A DNA stretch of 64,000 bases from Octopus vulgaris (GCA_951406725.2 OX597827.1:12214001-12278000); one strand, 5' to 3'. Shown: positions 26,883 to 40,314, numbered from the stretch's first letter. Numbers and translations are program-made. Notes: generated by a model not told the origin, from the letters alone.

Positions 26883-27608
26883 GCATGGTATGATGTGGAG
26901 ATGATTTTGTTGTTTTTTTCAAGCTTGTAGAATGGAGTGTGAATAGTCTTTTGCACTTTTGCTATATCTAGCTATTGCATAATCTAAAATTCAGCTACAT
27001 TATCCATTGTAGTCGACCTCCCTTCTTCAAGACGTAATGGTGGACCTTTAGGAAGAGTCTCTCTCTCTCCCTTGTTGGTTTGTAAGTTTTCATGTCGAAC
27101 TTAATGCTGTTGTTGGATGCATCATAACTAAACTTAGTTGCTCTTGCTGATGCTGCAACTCCAAGTATGGGTTAAAATGTTGTTGCAGTTATTGTGCTCA
27201 ATTGCTTCTTTCGTTGCAGTGTTATGCGATGGTGTGATACAAATACTGTTTGTTGGTAGCTCAAAGAGTAAACTAATGAGGCTTGAAAAAAGCGTACCAA
27301 AGGAGAATTATTACACTTGAAGATGGGTTAAATTATTGATGTGAAGCGAAATTATACTATCTCCTTTCATTTTACAGCACTTTTGAAAAGCACCCGCTCC
27401 TCTGAATCTTTCCATGTTCTATGAACTGTATTATTGAATGTACTAGTTTAGTAACTATAGTCTTTTCTTTCTTTCTTTATCATTTATTTATTTATTTATT
27501 TATTTCAGCAACATCCAACTATGGAAATACCATACCAAAGCAATTATTATATGACTATTCTGCAGTATTTAATACTACATTGTAACAATTTTTTTCCCTT
27601 ATAATCTT

Positions 27609-28009
27609 CATCATCGTTTAGCATCCGCTTTCCATGCTAGCATGGGTTGGACGGTTCAACTGGGGTCTGGGAAGCCAGAAGGCTGCACCAGGCCCCAGTC
27701 TGATCTGGCAATGTTTCTACGGCTGGGTGCCCTTCCTAACGCCAACCACTCCATGAGTGTAGTGGGTGCTTTTTACGTGCCACCGGCACAGATGCCAGGC
27801 GAGGCTGGCAAACGGCCACGGTCGGATGGTGCTTTTTACATGCCACCGGCATGGGAGCCAGGCGAGGCTGGCAATGGCCATGATCAAATGGTGCTTTTTA
27901 CATGCCACTGGCACAGGTGCCAGACGAGGCTGGCAAATGGCCACGATCGGATGGTGCTTTTTACGTGCCACTGGCAAAGGTGCCAGACAAGGCTGGCAAA
28001 TGGCCACGA
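27609..28009 (-). mobile_element. Element D with ~3.7 tandem 62-63-bp monomers
   Basis: Monomer starts at 27777, 27840, 27902 and 27965. Confidence 0.85.
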
Positions 28010-28048
28010 ATAATAATGATGATGATGATGATGATGATGACAATAATA

Positions 28049-28096
<48 letters not shown>

Positions 28097-28261
28097 GGTT
28101 AGTTGAGTTAGAGGTTAAAAAACAATCTAAGGGATTGAAGTATCCATTACACTACCAGTATATTACTTATGTTTAACCACGGGCATACATATGCAAACGT
28201 ATGATGCTCATAAATTATAGGTTAAGACAAGGAAAAACATAGGTTTTATCAAGAATCAAAA

Positions 28262-28484
28262 TTTAAAGAAAAACAGGAAATGGAGAAGTACTGATGAACA
28301 ACAATTGACTTACATCAATTATTAATTATTAATTCAATGCAAATAGATGGCATATCATCCAACAGCTGCTTCTAAGGAAGCAGAAACAGCTGTTAGATAG
28401 GATGCAACCTATTTGCATTAAATTAATAATTAATAATTGATGTAAGTGAATTGCTGTTCATCACTACACCATTTTCTGTTTTCT

Positions 28485-28489
<5 letters not shown>
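28262..28489. repeat. Imperfect ~110-bp-arm hairpin, Penelope-like fold-back
   Basis: Arms pair around AACAGCTGCTTCT..AGAAACAGCTGTT. Confidence 0.8.
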
Positions 28490-28521
<32 letters not shown>

Positions 28522-28523
<2 letters not shown>

Positions 28524-28757
28524 GGAACTGCTCATATCCTACGCAAAATATTCTCTATGTAATCTCAAGGTTTAAAACAAACTTTTTAAAAAAATTTATT
28601 TATTAGACATTCACTAGTACAGCACCAAAAAAAACCCCACAAAATATATGGCACATTAGGCATAACAACAACGTGAACTTCCAGCCTGTTGTCTCTTGAG
28701 GTCTCTGGGTGAGACTTGGAGCCAACTTGTACAAACATAAAGCAAAAGTCAAACATA

Positions 28758-28760
<3 letters not shown>
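28522..28760 (+). mobile_element. 5'-truncated R4/Dong-type LINE 3' end inside (TAA)n
   Basis: GTAHILRKIFSM* plus 3' UTR; (TAA)n on both flanks. Confidence 0.85.
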
Positions 28761-28789
<29 letters not shown>

Positions 28790-28815
28790 GTAACTAGAAT
28801 TATAATAATAATAAT

Positions 28816-29038
28816 ATATTTCCTTATTGCCCACAAGGAGCTAAACATAGAGGGGACAAACAAGGACAGACGAACGGATTAAGTAGATTCTATCGACCCC
28901 AGTACGTAACTGGTACTTAATTTATCGACCCCGAAAAGATGAAAGGCAAAGTCGAATTTGAACTCAGAACGTAAAGGGCAGACGAAATACGGCTACGCAT
29001 TTCGCCCGGCGTGCTAACGTTTCTGCCAGCTCGCCGCC

Positions 29039-29040
<2 letters not shown>
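28816..29040 (-). mobile_element. Young SINE-C
   Basis: Matches 9168-9388; flanked by (TAA)n. Confidence 0.8.
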
Positions 29041-29085
<45 letters not shown>

Positions 29086-29732
29086 TATAATATTGTTGTA
29101 TTTAGGAACGGTCATTTTGCCAGTTTAGCCAATAAAAACACACGCACTATATATTTGGTGTTACTTTGCTTCAGCGCTATTTATTTTTTACATTAATCTT
29201 AATCTTATTATAATACTTTCTTTCTTTGTCTGCCACCAGGGCCATACACAAAACAAAGGACAATACACTGAAGAGGGACAGTGGGGTTAGACATGCAAGA
29301 AGCAAAAAACACAACAATTAACAAGGAGATTAAACCAACAATATAATTCCCCAATAGGGATTGGGGAGTTCTGCCAAGAGGTGACCAAAGAAACCTCACA
29401 CGCTTTGGATCCCCTAACACCAAAGGTACCGCAGGCAGGTGCCCCTCTCCTCCTTGTTCCATCTGGCCTATAGGTACACACTTAGAGTAGACCCATTCAC
29501 ATAGGCTGTTCTTGCCACAGTAATAATAATGCTAAAAATAATACTAGCAGTGAAATTCCAAGGGAAACTGAAGCTAGAATTTACTGAATAATATAAAATA
29601 AACTGGGATATATATTATACATATAAACATACAACTATACATGCACACATACACATATATGCAACATATAATATATACTTACATATTCTCCCTCCCTCTC
29701 TCTCTCTCTATATATATATACATATATATATA

Positions 29733-29981
29733 TCATCATCATCATCATTTAGCGTCCGCTTTCCATGCTAGCATGGGTTGGACGGTTCAACTGGGGTCTG
29801 GGAAGCTAGACGGCTGCACCAGGCCCAGTCTGATCTGGCAATGTTTCTACGGCTGGATGCCCTTCCTAACGCCAACCACTCCGTGAGTGTAGTGGGTGCT
29901 TTTTACGTGCCACCAGCACAGGTGCCAGACGGGGCTGGCAAACAGCCACGGTCAGATGGTGCTTTTTATGTGCCACCGGCA
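29733..29981 (-). mobile_element. Element D, ~1.3 monomers
   Basis: Family match with (GAT)n tail. Confidence 0.8.
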
Positions 29982-30178
29982 TATATATATATGTATTATA
30001 TATTGCATATATGGGTGTGTGTGCGTGTGTATTTATATTCTTTTATTTGTTTCAGTCATTTGACTGCGGCCATGCTGGGGCACCGCCATACATATATATA
30101 TTTCTTTACTACCCACAAGGGGCTAAACACAGAGGGACAAACAAGGACAGACAAAGGATTAAGTACTACATCGACCAT

Positions 30179-30257
<79 letters not shown>

Positions 30258-31721
30258 TGCATACATACCTAAAAACATATATACACGTGCACATGCAAAC
30301 ACACACACACACACACACACTCATGCATGCAGAAATATATATATATATACATATGAAATTTTCTACTGTCATTCTTTTGAATCGTACTATCACTGAATGA
30401 GCTTCACATAAAACCTATATCCATTCCCCTATTCAAGGGCTCTTATAAGTGCATGCTTGACTATACCTCAATGAGGACAGGATCAAAATATGTCTAGAGT
30501 TATCGTTGTGGTTAGCAGAGGTAGATTTACCTCCCACGAGATGCCGCCATTCAATTTTTAAACAATTTAAATTTCAGAGTTTTTCCTCTTGCCTATTTTA
30601 ATAAAAAAATTGCCTTTAATGTTAATCTCTTAATTTTTATTCTGAATAAAAGTGTAATTTCATTTGCTTAAATATTCTTTCTTACTCTCTTTATTAAATG
30701 AGTTCATACCTAATTTAGATATAGTTTTAATTAACAGATGAAGTTTCAATGACATCGTGTGCTATGCTTATGAATTCTGCAAAATGTGTGAAATAAAAAA
30801 AATATACAGGAATGATGTAGAAATGAATTAGTAGAAGTACATTTATCATACACTATAATATTAACACTCCAATATTGATTGCTTTAATAGCTACTAACGA
30901 TATTATAATACCAATTGCTCTTAACTATTTTACAGACCATAAAAGATAATCATCAGATCTCTGTACTGTTTATCTTAATCCTAACACTCTTGAAAAATAA
31001 CAACAGCCGTAACAACAGTCACCGTATCCGCACGTTCTTAAAATATTTAAATAAGTTGCAAAGGGAAAGGTTAAAAGATGCTATTAAAGAAGAGCATGCA
31101 GAAGGCCTGGTGATTATTTTAGTCTAAAAGAATTCAAATTGTGCCGCTCGACATTAAATTGTAGCCCCAATTCAAAATTGGCTTCGATTTACATAAATAG
31201 CATATTTAAATTTTATTGACTCTTGGTCAATAGACATGTGGCTTGCATCTCGTTTCTTGTGATTCGTTAGCTACACAACATATGCATGTTCTTCGTTCGC
31301 TTCCTACGTCCCCTTCACCTTCACTGCCAAAGACAAGAAGAGTGTTGGTCTGTTAGAAGATTTTTCCTGAATATTGAAACTATGCAGATAGAAAGAAAAG
31401 AAGCAGAAATAAATAAATAAATTATATGTATGCGTGTGTGTATGTATACATATATATATACATATATACACACTGATACATACATACAAAATAACTAAAG
31501 CAAAATACAAAATAAGGGGGGGGGTAGGAAAAATAAATTTTCTTATACATGAAAACAAGTAAAACAGCTCTACAAATTAAGTAATGGTAATGCTTGTGTT
31601 TTTAGATTCAAGCCTTTACGATCAAAGCAAGCAATTCTTACAGTCACGGTAAACGCACAAAAGAAGCGGCTCATGTTTTGTTCGATCTAATGTGTATCAT
31701 TTTCTTTGGATTATTATGTAG

Positions 31722-31856
31722 AGTGTGAGTATCTGTATGAGTGTGTGTGTGTATATATATATGTATATGTGTGTGTATATATATGTTTGTATTTGTATGT
31801 GTGAGTATTTCTTGTGAGTATGTGAGTACTGTATGCATATGTGAGTATCTGTATGA

Positions 31857-31902
<46 letters not shown>

Positions 31903-31997
31903 ATATATGTTTGTATTTGTATGTGTGAGTATTTCTTGTGAGTATGCGAGTATTTAGTGAATGTGCGTACTGTATGCATATGTGAGTATCTGTATGA

Positions 31998-32051
<54 letters not shown>

Positions 32052-32237
32052 ATATATGTTTGTATTTGTATGTGTGAGTATTTCTTGTGAGTATGCGAGT
32101 ATTTAGTGAATGTGCGTAATGTATGCATATGTGAGTATCTGTATGAGTGTGTGTGTACATATATATATATATATGTATATGTGTGTGTGTGTATATATGT
32201 TTGTATTTGTATGTGTGAGTATCTGTATGAGTGTGTG

Positions 32238-32270
<33 letters not shown>

Positions 32271-32317
32271 ATATATGTTTGTATTTGTATGTGTGAGTAT
32301 CTGTATGAGTGTGTGTG

Positions 32318-32350
<33 letters not shown>

Positions 32351-32430
32351 ATATATGTTTGTATTTGTATGTGTGAGTATTTCTTGTGAGTACGCGAGTA
32401 TTTAGTGAACGTACGCACTGCATGCATATG
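31722..32430. repeat. Higher-order tandem repeats built from microsatellite modules
   Basis: GTGAGTATCTGTATGAGTGTG and GTTTGTATTTGTATGTGTGAGTAT each recur several times. Confidence 0.85.
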
Positions 32431-33185
32431 TGGGGAATCCGTATGCGCACGTATGCATATGTGTATGCATATGCATATGTGTATGCGTATGCATGTGCAT
32501 GTGTTAATGTTGTGTGTGCGTATTTGTGCGTTGCGTTGCGTTGCGTTGCGATGGGCCATCGGGATGGAAGGGAAGTATTGGCTTTGGTAGTTTTTGAAAA
32601 ACGACTAAACGAAAAGCAAATTCCCTTGAGTCTGACACAGCAGCAGGATAATGATCTTCGTTTGCATGAAAAATTATCAAATGCATCCTAGGGGAAATAA
32701 TAATAAATCAAACACTTTCATTTGATTCAACTTGTTTAAGCTTCCAGCATTTCACTTGTAATCCCCAAAACTGTGTTGATGCAATGTCAGAAAGCCTGTA
32801 TCCACTCTTAAATCAGACACTCACCCTTAGCCTTTCTGTGGATATTCTAGTTTAAAAAAAAATAAATAAATAAAAGAGGGGGGGGGAAAGAGTAAGAGTA
32901 AATATCTAATATTGAACATATTTTTTTTTTTTTTTAAATATTGTTTTAATGCTTTTATTTGTATTTTTGGAAAAAAGGTTTATTTAGTTATTTATTTATT
33001 TATTTATTTATTTATTTTTTTATTTTTATTTTTTTTTCTATTAATTTCATTTTATTTTATTTTTTAATTAAGAGAAAAAGAATTACATGCTGATATCAAA
33101 ACTATTTTTAGAGTGCATTCAGGTTTTTTCTATGAAAAATTATTTTTATTATCAACACCACCACCACCATCTTTATACGTCGTCG

Positions 33186-33218
<33 letters not shown>

Positions 33219-33356
33219 ACATCAGCACCTTCATCATCATCATCATCATCATCTTCCCTACCAATACTAACAATCTTTATTGTTTATACAATCACTGTTA
33301 CACATCCTTTTCTCCACAAACAGCACCAAAAAAAAGAAGAAAAAAAGCTGCTGCTG

Positions 33357-33387
<31 letters not shown>

Positions 33388-34323
33388 TTCTACTACTACT
33401 ACTAAGTAAAATGATTACAACAATCATTTGTAACAACAACACAAAGCTACACATTTTGATGGAGGAGTGTAGTAATCAATTACATTTACACCTAGTACTT
33501 GACCGGTACTTTTTTTTTTTATTTTATATCGACCCCCAACGGGACCTGAAATCAGATGGTAAATGGAGCATGTCTAAATATTGAACAGCATTTTATCTGG
33601 TTCTTTACCGATTCTGTCACCCCTGCCACCACCCTATTAGTGATAATACTACTTGACTTATACTTTATTTTATCAGCTTCAGAAGGAAGAAAGGCAAAGT
33701 CATTCCATACAGGTTTTGAACTTAGATACATAGATAGATGTAAACTAAAGACAGCAAAGGATTTTGTCCATTATTCCACCACTCCACCACTATCACCATC
33801 ACCACCAACACCAACACCACCATCACTAACACCACCATTCCTCAGTAATATATGTATGTGTGTCTGTGTTTGTCCCTCTAGCATTGCTTGACAACCGATG
33901 CTGGTGTGTTTACGTCCCGTCAGTTAGCGCAGTTCGGCAAAAGAGACAGATGGAATAGGTACTGGGCTTACAAAGAATAAGTCCCAGGTCGATTTGCTCG
34001 ATTAAAGGCGGTGCTCCAGCATGGCCGCAGTCAAATGACTGAAACAAGTAAAAGAGTAAAAAGAGTAAAAGAGTAAGAGTAATACAAATGTTAATGACAA
34101 CAACAACAATAATAATGATTTCAAATTTTGGGTCTAGGCCTGTAATTACAGGTAAGGGGATAAGTCAAGTACATCACATCAGTCCCAGTGTTAAGCTGGT
34201 ATTTATTTCATCAATCCCCAAAAGGATGAAAAGCAAAGTCAACCTGAACTCAGAACACAAAGATAGATGAAATGTCGCAAAGCATTTTGCCCAGCATGCA
34301 AACAATTCTGCCAGCTCACTGCC

Positions 34324-34979
34324 TTAACCTTTCCGTTACTGTATTTATTTTGAGATGCTCTGTGCTTCTTTCAATTAGTCTTTACTCTTTTACTCTTTTA
34401 CTTGTTTCAGTCATTTGGCTGCGGCCATGCTGGAGCACCGCCTTTAGTCGAGCAAATCGACCCCGGGACTTATTCTTTGGAAGCCCAGTACTTATTCTAT
34501 CGGTCTCTTTTTTGCCGAACCGCTAAGTGACGGGGACGTAAACACACCAGCATCGGTTGTCAAGCAATGCTAGGGGGACGAACACAGACACACAAACACA
34601 CACATATACATATATATATATACATATATACGACAGGCTTCTTTCAGTTTCCGTCTACCAAATCCACTCACAAGGCATTGGTTGGCCCAGGGCTATAGCA
34701 GAAGACACTTGCCCAAGATGCCACGCAGTGGGACTGAACCCAGAACCATGTGGTTGGTAAGCAAGCTACTTACCACACAGCCACTCCTGCACCTAGATAC
34801 TTTACTTTAGATATAATAAAGAATTTAGTAAAATAACTTAGTTATCATTCAACTAGTGTTAGGAACATAAATTGTGACTAAAGTTTGGTGGAAGATTTTA
34901 ATTCAAAACTTATAAAAACAAGACCTTTGTACTACAGAGCCAGAGCCGGTTTCAGCCGGGTTGGTAAAGAAAGGGTTAA
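34324..34979. mobile_element. piggyBac-like MITE, family 2, interrupted by SINE-A (34381-34793, minus)
   Basis: TTAA ends; homologous (inverted) to the intact copy at 52670-52898. Confidence 0.8.
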
Positions 34980-34985
34980 AGTGAG

Positions 34986-35105
34986 ATGCTTATAGCACCT
35001 AGGTTTCTGAAGTAGTCACCTATTTAAGTACTAACTAGGCTCAAAATTGCTTTACTTCAAGGATCAGACAGGAACTGGTACTTTCAATATGATAGGGCCA
35101 AAAGC
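34986..35105 (-). pseudogene. 5S rRNA pseudogene, full length 120 nt
   Basis: Minus strand GCTTTTGGCCCTATCATATTGAAAGTACCAGTTCCTGTCTGATCCTTGAAGTAAAGCAATTTTGAGCCTAGTTAGTACTTAAATAGGTGACTACTTCAGAAACCTAGGTGCTATAAGCAT is colinear with metazoan 5S; many transitions, damaged box C, no oligo-T terminator. Confidence 0.85.
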
Positions 35106-35119
35106 AGCAATAATAATGA

Positions 35120-35449
35120 TAAGGGTTTCAAATTTTGGCACAAGCTCAACAATTTTATGAGGAAGAGAATATTTGCATTGATCCAAGTATTTCACTAGTA
35201 TTTCTATTTTATTGACTCTGAAAATCATGAATGGCAAAGTTGACTTTGGTGGGTTTCCACCTCGCCTGGCACCTGTGCCGGTGGCACGTAAAAAGCACCC
35301 ACTACACTCACGGAGTGGTTGGCGTTAGGAAGGGCATCCAGCTGTAGAAACATTGCCAGATAAGACTGGAGCCTGGTGCAGCCTTCTGGCTTCCCAGATC
35401 CCCGGTCGAACCGTCCAACCCATGCTAGCATGGAGAACGGACGTTAAAC

Positions 35450-35480
<31 letters not shown>

Positions 35481-36410
35481 TAAAAGTCTGAAAGAACTAC
35501 CACTAAGTATTTTGTTGGATGTGCTAATGATTTTGTCAGGCTACCACCTTGAATGGTTTTAGAATTTTGGCACAAGGCTAGCAATTTTACTCAGCTGTTA
35601 CTTTAATTTACCAATCCTTAGAGGAGAAAAAGCAATGTTGATCCCAGTGAGATTTGAACTCAGAGCATAAAGAGCCGGATAATATGCAGTTAAGTATTTT
35701 GTCCAAGATACTTATGATTCTGCCAGTTGTTTTTGCATTTATAACACTATCACCACCATCATCAACAACAACAACAACAACAACAACAGCAATAATAATC
35801 CTTTCTACTATAGGTACAGGGCCTGAAATTTGTGGGAGGGGGGCCAGTCAATTAGTTCGACCCCAGTATGCAACTGGTACTTAATTTATCAACCCCGAAA
35901 GGATGAAAGGCAAAACCGACCATGGTGGAACTTGAACTCAGGACGTTAAGACAGACAAAATACCTATTTCTTTACAAACCACAAGGGGATAAACACAGAG
36001 AGGGCAAACAAGGACAGACAAATGGATGAAGTCGATTATATCGACCCCAGTGCGTAACTGGTACTTATTTAATTGACCCCGAAAGGATGAAAGGCAAAGT
36101 CGACCTCGGCGGAATTTGAACTCAGAACGTAGCGGCAGACGAAATACCGATAAGCATTTCACCCGGTGAACTAGCGATTCTCTCAACTTGCCGCCTTCAC
36201 AACAACAATAATAATATTTTCTATTAAAGACACAAAGCCTGAAATTTGTGAGGAAAGGCTAGTTGATTACATCGGTCCCCAATGCTTGACTGGTACCTAT
36301 TATATCAACTCTGAAAGGATGAAAAGCAGAGTTGACCTCAGCAGAATTTGAACTCAGAACACAAAGAAGGACGAAACGAAATACTGCTAAGTATTTTGTT
36401 CAGCATAATG
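35120..36410 (-). mobile_element. Cluster of at least 5 co-oriented SINE-C copies (young copy 35965-36197), with an element D insert at 35258-35480 (+)
   Basis: Repeated GGATGAAAGGCAAAGTCGACCTCGGCGGAATTTGAACTCAGAAC-type motifs separated by (AAT/AAC)n. Confidence 0.75.
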
Positions 36411-36570
36411 ATAAGAGCCATACTATTGAAGCAAGAGAAAAAGACAAGATAAAATCATAAAGGACAAATAAAACAGTGTAATATCATTTACTTGACAGTA
36501 CTGTATGATATTAGAGTGGATCCCAAAGAAATTGAGGAATATTAGGAAATATTAAACAGAAAGATGAAGA

Positions 36571-37092
36571 GAGTGGCTGTGTGGTAAGTAGCTTGCTTAC
36601 CAACCACATGGTTCCGGGTTCAGTCCCACTGCGGGGCATCTTGGGCAAGTGTCTTCTACTATAGCCTCGGGCCGACCAAAGCCTTGTGAGCGAATTTGGT
36701 AGACAGAAACTGAAAGAAGCCCATCGTATATATGTATATATATATATATATATATATGACGGGCTTCTTTCAGTTTCAGTTTACCATATCCACTCACAAG
36801 GCTTTGGTCGGCCCGAGGCTATAGTAGAAGACACTTGCCCAAGATGCCACGCAGTGGGACTGAACCCGGGACAATGTGCATGTATGTTTGTGTGTCTGTG
36901 TTTGTCCCCCTAGCATTGCTTGACAACCGATGCTGGTGTGTTTATGTCCCCGTCACTTAGCGGTTCGGCAAAAAGAGATCCGATAGAATAAGTACTGGGC
37001 TTACAAAGAATAAGTCCCGGGGTCGATTTGCTCGATTAAAGGCGGTGCTCCAGCATGGCCGCAGTCAAATGACTGAAACAAGTAAAAGAGAG
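36571..37092 (+). mobile_element. SINE-A with an inverted copy of its head inserted at the (TA)n linker
   Basis: Head (+) 36571-36732, (TA)n, head (-) 36752-36869, then normal tail (+). Confidence 0.9.
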
Positions 37093-37310
37093 AGATTGTT
37101 GAAGACCAAGATGACAATTATTCCCGTGGTAATTAGTGCACTTGGTTTAACACTCAGGTGGCTATTTTAGAAGCTGAAGGATATTGGAGCTGAGACTTGC
37201 GTTGCTAACCTGCAGAAAAGTGCAATCCGGTATTCTGCAAGAATCCCGAGAAAGAGTCTTGAGATTTGAGGAGACTTGTTGTCACCAAGCCTCAAAACAT
37301 CCCTGCTAAC
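37090..37310 (+). pseudogene. Second R4/Dong-type LINE C-terminal remnant
   Basis: KMTIIPVVISALGL..KLKDIGAETCVANLQKSAIRYSARIPRKSLEI*. Confidence 0.7.
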
Positions 37311-37384
37311 TAATATAACAGGCAATAACAATAGTAAAGAAATGGTGGTGGTGATGATGATGATGTTGATAATGATGATGGTGG

Positions 37385-37418
<34 letters not shown>

Positions 37419-37534
37419 GGTGGTGGTGGTGGTGGTGGTGGTGGTGGTGGTGGTTATGATGATGGTGGTGGTGGTGGTGGTGGTGGTGGTGGTGGTGATG
37501 ATGATGATGTTGATGATGATGGTGGTGGTGGTGG

Positions 37535-37565
<31 letters not shown>

Positions 37566-37778
37566 ACGTTTTCGCACAAGGCCAGCAATTTTAGGAAAAG
37601 GGCGCAGGTCAAATGCATGAAGCCTCACTACTAAAATGTTACTTTATTTTATCAATATCAAAAGAATGGAAAAAAAGTTACCCTTAGCGAGATTTGAACT
37701 CAAAACATAGAGAACCAGAAGAATGATACTGTAGCCTATTACATCGAACCCAGTACTTTACTAGTACATTATTATACC

Positions 37779-38009
37779 TGTTTCTTTACTACCCACAAGG
37801 GGCTAAACACAGAGGAGACAAACAAGGACAGACAAACGGATTAAGTCGATTACATTGACCCCAGTGCGTAACTGGTACTTAGTTTATCGACCCCGAAAGG
37901 ATGAAAGGCAAAATCGACCTCGGCGGAATTTGAACTCAGAACGTAACGGCAGAGGAAATACGGCTACGCATTTCGCCTGGCGTGCTAACGTTTCTGCCAG
38001 CTCACCACC
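37779..38009 (-). mobile_element. Young SINE-C with ~15-bp TSD
   Basis: Flanked by GTACATT(T)ATTATACC on both sides. Confidence 0.8.
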
Positions 38010-38604
38010 GTACATTATTATACCAACATCATGAAAGACAAAGTTGATCTTGGCGGAATTTGAACTCAGCGTACATAGATGGACGTAATGTGGAATGAAA
38101 GATAATATTAACACTTTCACATTATTAATATCACAATAATGTTCATATTGTAGATATTTTTGTTATCACCACTAACATAGGCCCAGGAACTGGGGATTTA
38201 CGGGTTGCAAGCACACCCCCTAAAATTGTTTAGTGGGTGCAAAATCAAAATTTACACCCGCTACTTATTTTTCTCGGATTTAGAAACCTGTAAAAAGTAG
38301 CTTGAAATTAAGTTTCTTCTTAAAAAACAAAGAACAAATATAAATAAAAGCAAAACAATAAAAACTTGTTTCAAAAATATTTTGGACCTGGGTTCGCACT
38401 CCCAAAGCAAATTTTGTTCCTGAACTAGAGACCACCAACTAGCAGCAAGACCATCTGTTTCAACAGACTATCAATAACTTTACACTGGCCACTGACCCTT
38501 CACTGTGACCTCCATCATTTCTCATTAAACTCTCCATACACTAGTTGGGGGATCATAACACTGAAATTTCTCTGAGCTTAAAATATGCAGCTATAACTCT
38601 TTTA

Positions 38605-38955
38605 AATAATAATAATAATAAACATTGTGTACAGTGCTCAGGTGCACTACAACTCATCTAAAGTGCATATATAATCAGGTGTAGTTTCGACGGATTTCGG
38701 AAAGCATGAGGGCCTTAAAGGATGCAGTGTCATGGCAGTCAACAACTGACGCAGGCAGTTTATTCCATGCTGCAGCAACTCTGAGCGTGAAGAAATGTTT
38801 CCGAAAGTCATGGGAGCTGTGTTGTTTTCTGACTTTGTAGGCTTGTCCACGTGTGTTAGACACATGGAGATCAAAAAGGTGTTCAGTGTTGTTATTGGTG
38901 AGGTGGTTGACAACTTTGTGGGCGTTTACCAAGTCCGTCGCCAGACGCCGGAGCT
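38605..38955 (-). pseudogene. CR1-group LINE 3' fragment (post-RT C-terminus plus 3' UTR)
   Basis: RLATDLVNAHK..LFDLHVSNTRGQAYKVRKQ..RKHFFTLRVAAAWNKLPASVV..SFK; (TTA)n tail. Confidence 0.85.
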
Positions 38956-38959
38956 TCTG

Positions 38960-39147
38960 GTTTCAGTCATTTGACTGCAGCCATGCTGGAGCAACGTCTT
39001 CAGTCGAGCAAGTCAACCCCGGGACTTATTCTTTGTAAGCCCAGTACTTATTCTATCGGTCTCTTTTGCCGAACCGCTAAGTGACGGGGACGTAAACACA
39101 CCAGCATCGGTTGTCAAGCAATGCTAGGGAGACAAACACAGACACAT

Positions 39148-39180
<33 letters not shown>

Positions 39181-39352
39181 CATATACACATATATACGAC
39201 AGGCTTCTTTCAGTTTCCGTCTACCAAATCCACTCACAAGGCATTGGTCGGCCCGGGGCTATAGCAGAAGACACTTGCCCAAGATGCCACGCAGTGGGAC
39301 TGAACCCGGAACCATGTGGTTGGTTAGCAAGCTACTTACCACACAGCCACTC
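38960..39352 (-). mobile_element. SINE-A lacking its simple-repeat tail, abutting the CR1 fragment
   Basis: Family match; the tail ends at CTGAAAC directly against LINE sequence. Confidence 0.85.
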
Positions 39353-39439
39353 ATAAGGCTTTTTTTTTTTTTTTTTTTTTTTAATTTATAATTGCTGCTG
39401 CTGTTGCAGTTGTTGTTGTTGTTGCTGTAACTGTCGTTT

Positions 39440-39765
39440 GTGAGGGCGTGTGGCTTAGTGGTTAGGGCATTCGGCTCATGATCGTAAGGTTGTGAGTTCG
39501 ATTCCCGGCGACGCGTTGTGTCCTTGAGCAAGACACTTTATTTCACGTTGCTCCAGTCCACTCAGCTGGCAAAAATGAGTTGTACTTGTATTTCAAAGGG
39601 CCAGCCTTGTCACTCTCTGTGTCACGCTGATTATCCCCGAGAACTACGTTAAGGGTACACGTGTCTGTGGAATGCTCAGCCATTTGCACGTTAATTTCAC
39701 GAGCAAGCTGTTCCGTTGATCGTATCAGCTGGGACCCTCGTCGTCGTAACCGGCGGAGTCTTTAA
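39440..39765 (+). mobile_element. Young tRNA-derived SINE-B1 (OR-like)
   Basis: A box TGGCTTAGTGG, B box GAGTTCGATTCC, 11-bp TSD AACTGTCGTTT. Confidence 0.9.
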
Positions 39766-40256
39766 AACTGTCGTTTAGAACATTTTCCCTTATTAATCTT
39801 GACACATGTAAAAGGTAACAGTTACGGCGAGCAGCTTTTCTTTTTCACACTAAGTCAAATCAATGACGCTGACACCTGATATATACTCTATAATAAGCTG
39901 TACACACACATGCAAACAGAACTCACACAAGAAGAATTTTTACTTGCGAAGAGTAAAAATATTTTCAAGCAAAATATATTTATTACATTAACACCAAGGA
40001 TACAAATATTTAGTAGATACAATTGAGTAAACCACACCCCCACACACACAAACATTGGTAGATGATTAGTACATATTTTAGGTGAAAGCATTGGCTTTAT
40101 GATTAAGAAGTTCACCTCCCAAAGCATTTGGATCCAGTCCCTCTGTATGGCACATGAGGCAAGTGTCTGCTACTATACCACTGACCCAACCAAAGCCTTT
40201 GGTTAGTAGACAGAAACTGAAAGATGCCTGTAACACATATCTATATCCATTCATCC

Positions 40257-40314
<58 letters not shown>

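Noticed and set aside
38176-38430. Possible MITE (CATAGGCCCAGGAAC ... GTTCCTG)
   Set aside because: The right TIR is incomplete and no TSD is visible.
39440-39515. Possible tRNA genes (also 52267-52340 and the SINE-A heads)
   Set aside because: No complete acceptor stem; they continue into SINE bodies, with TSDs where visible.
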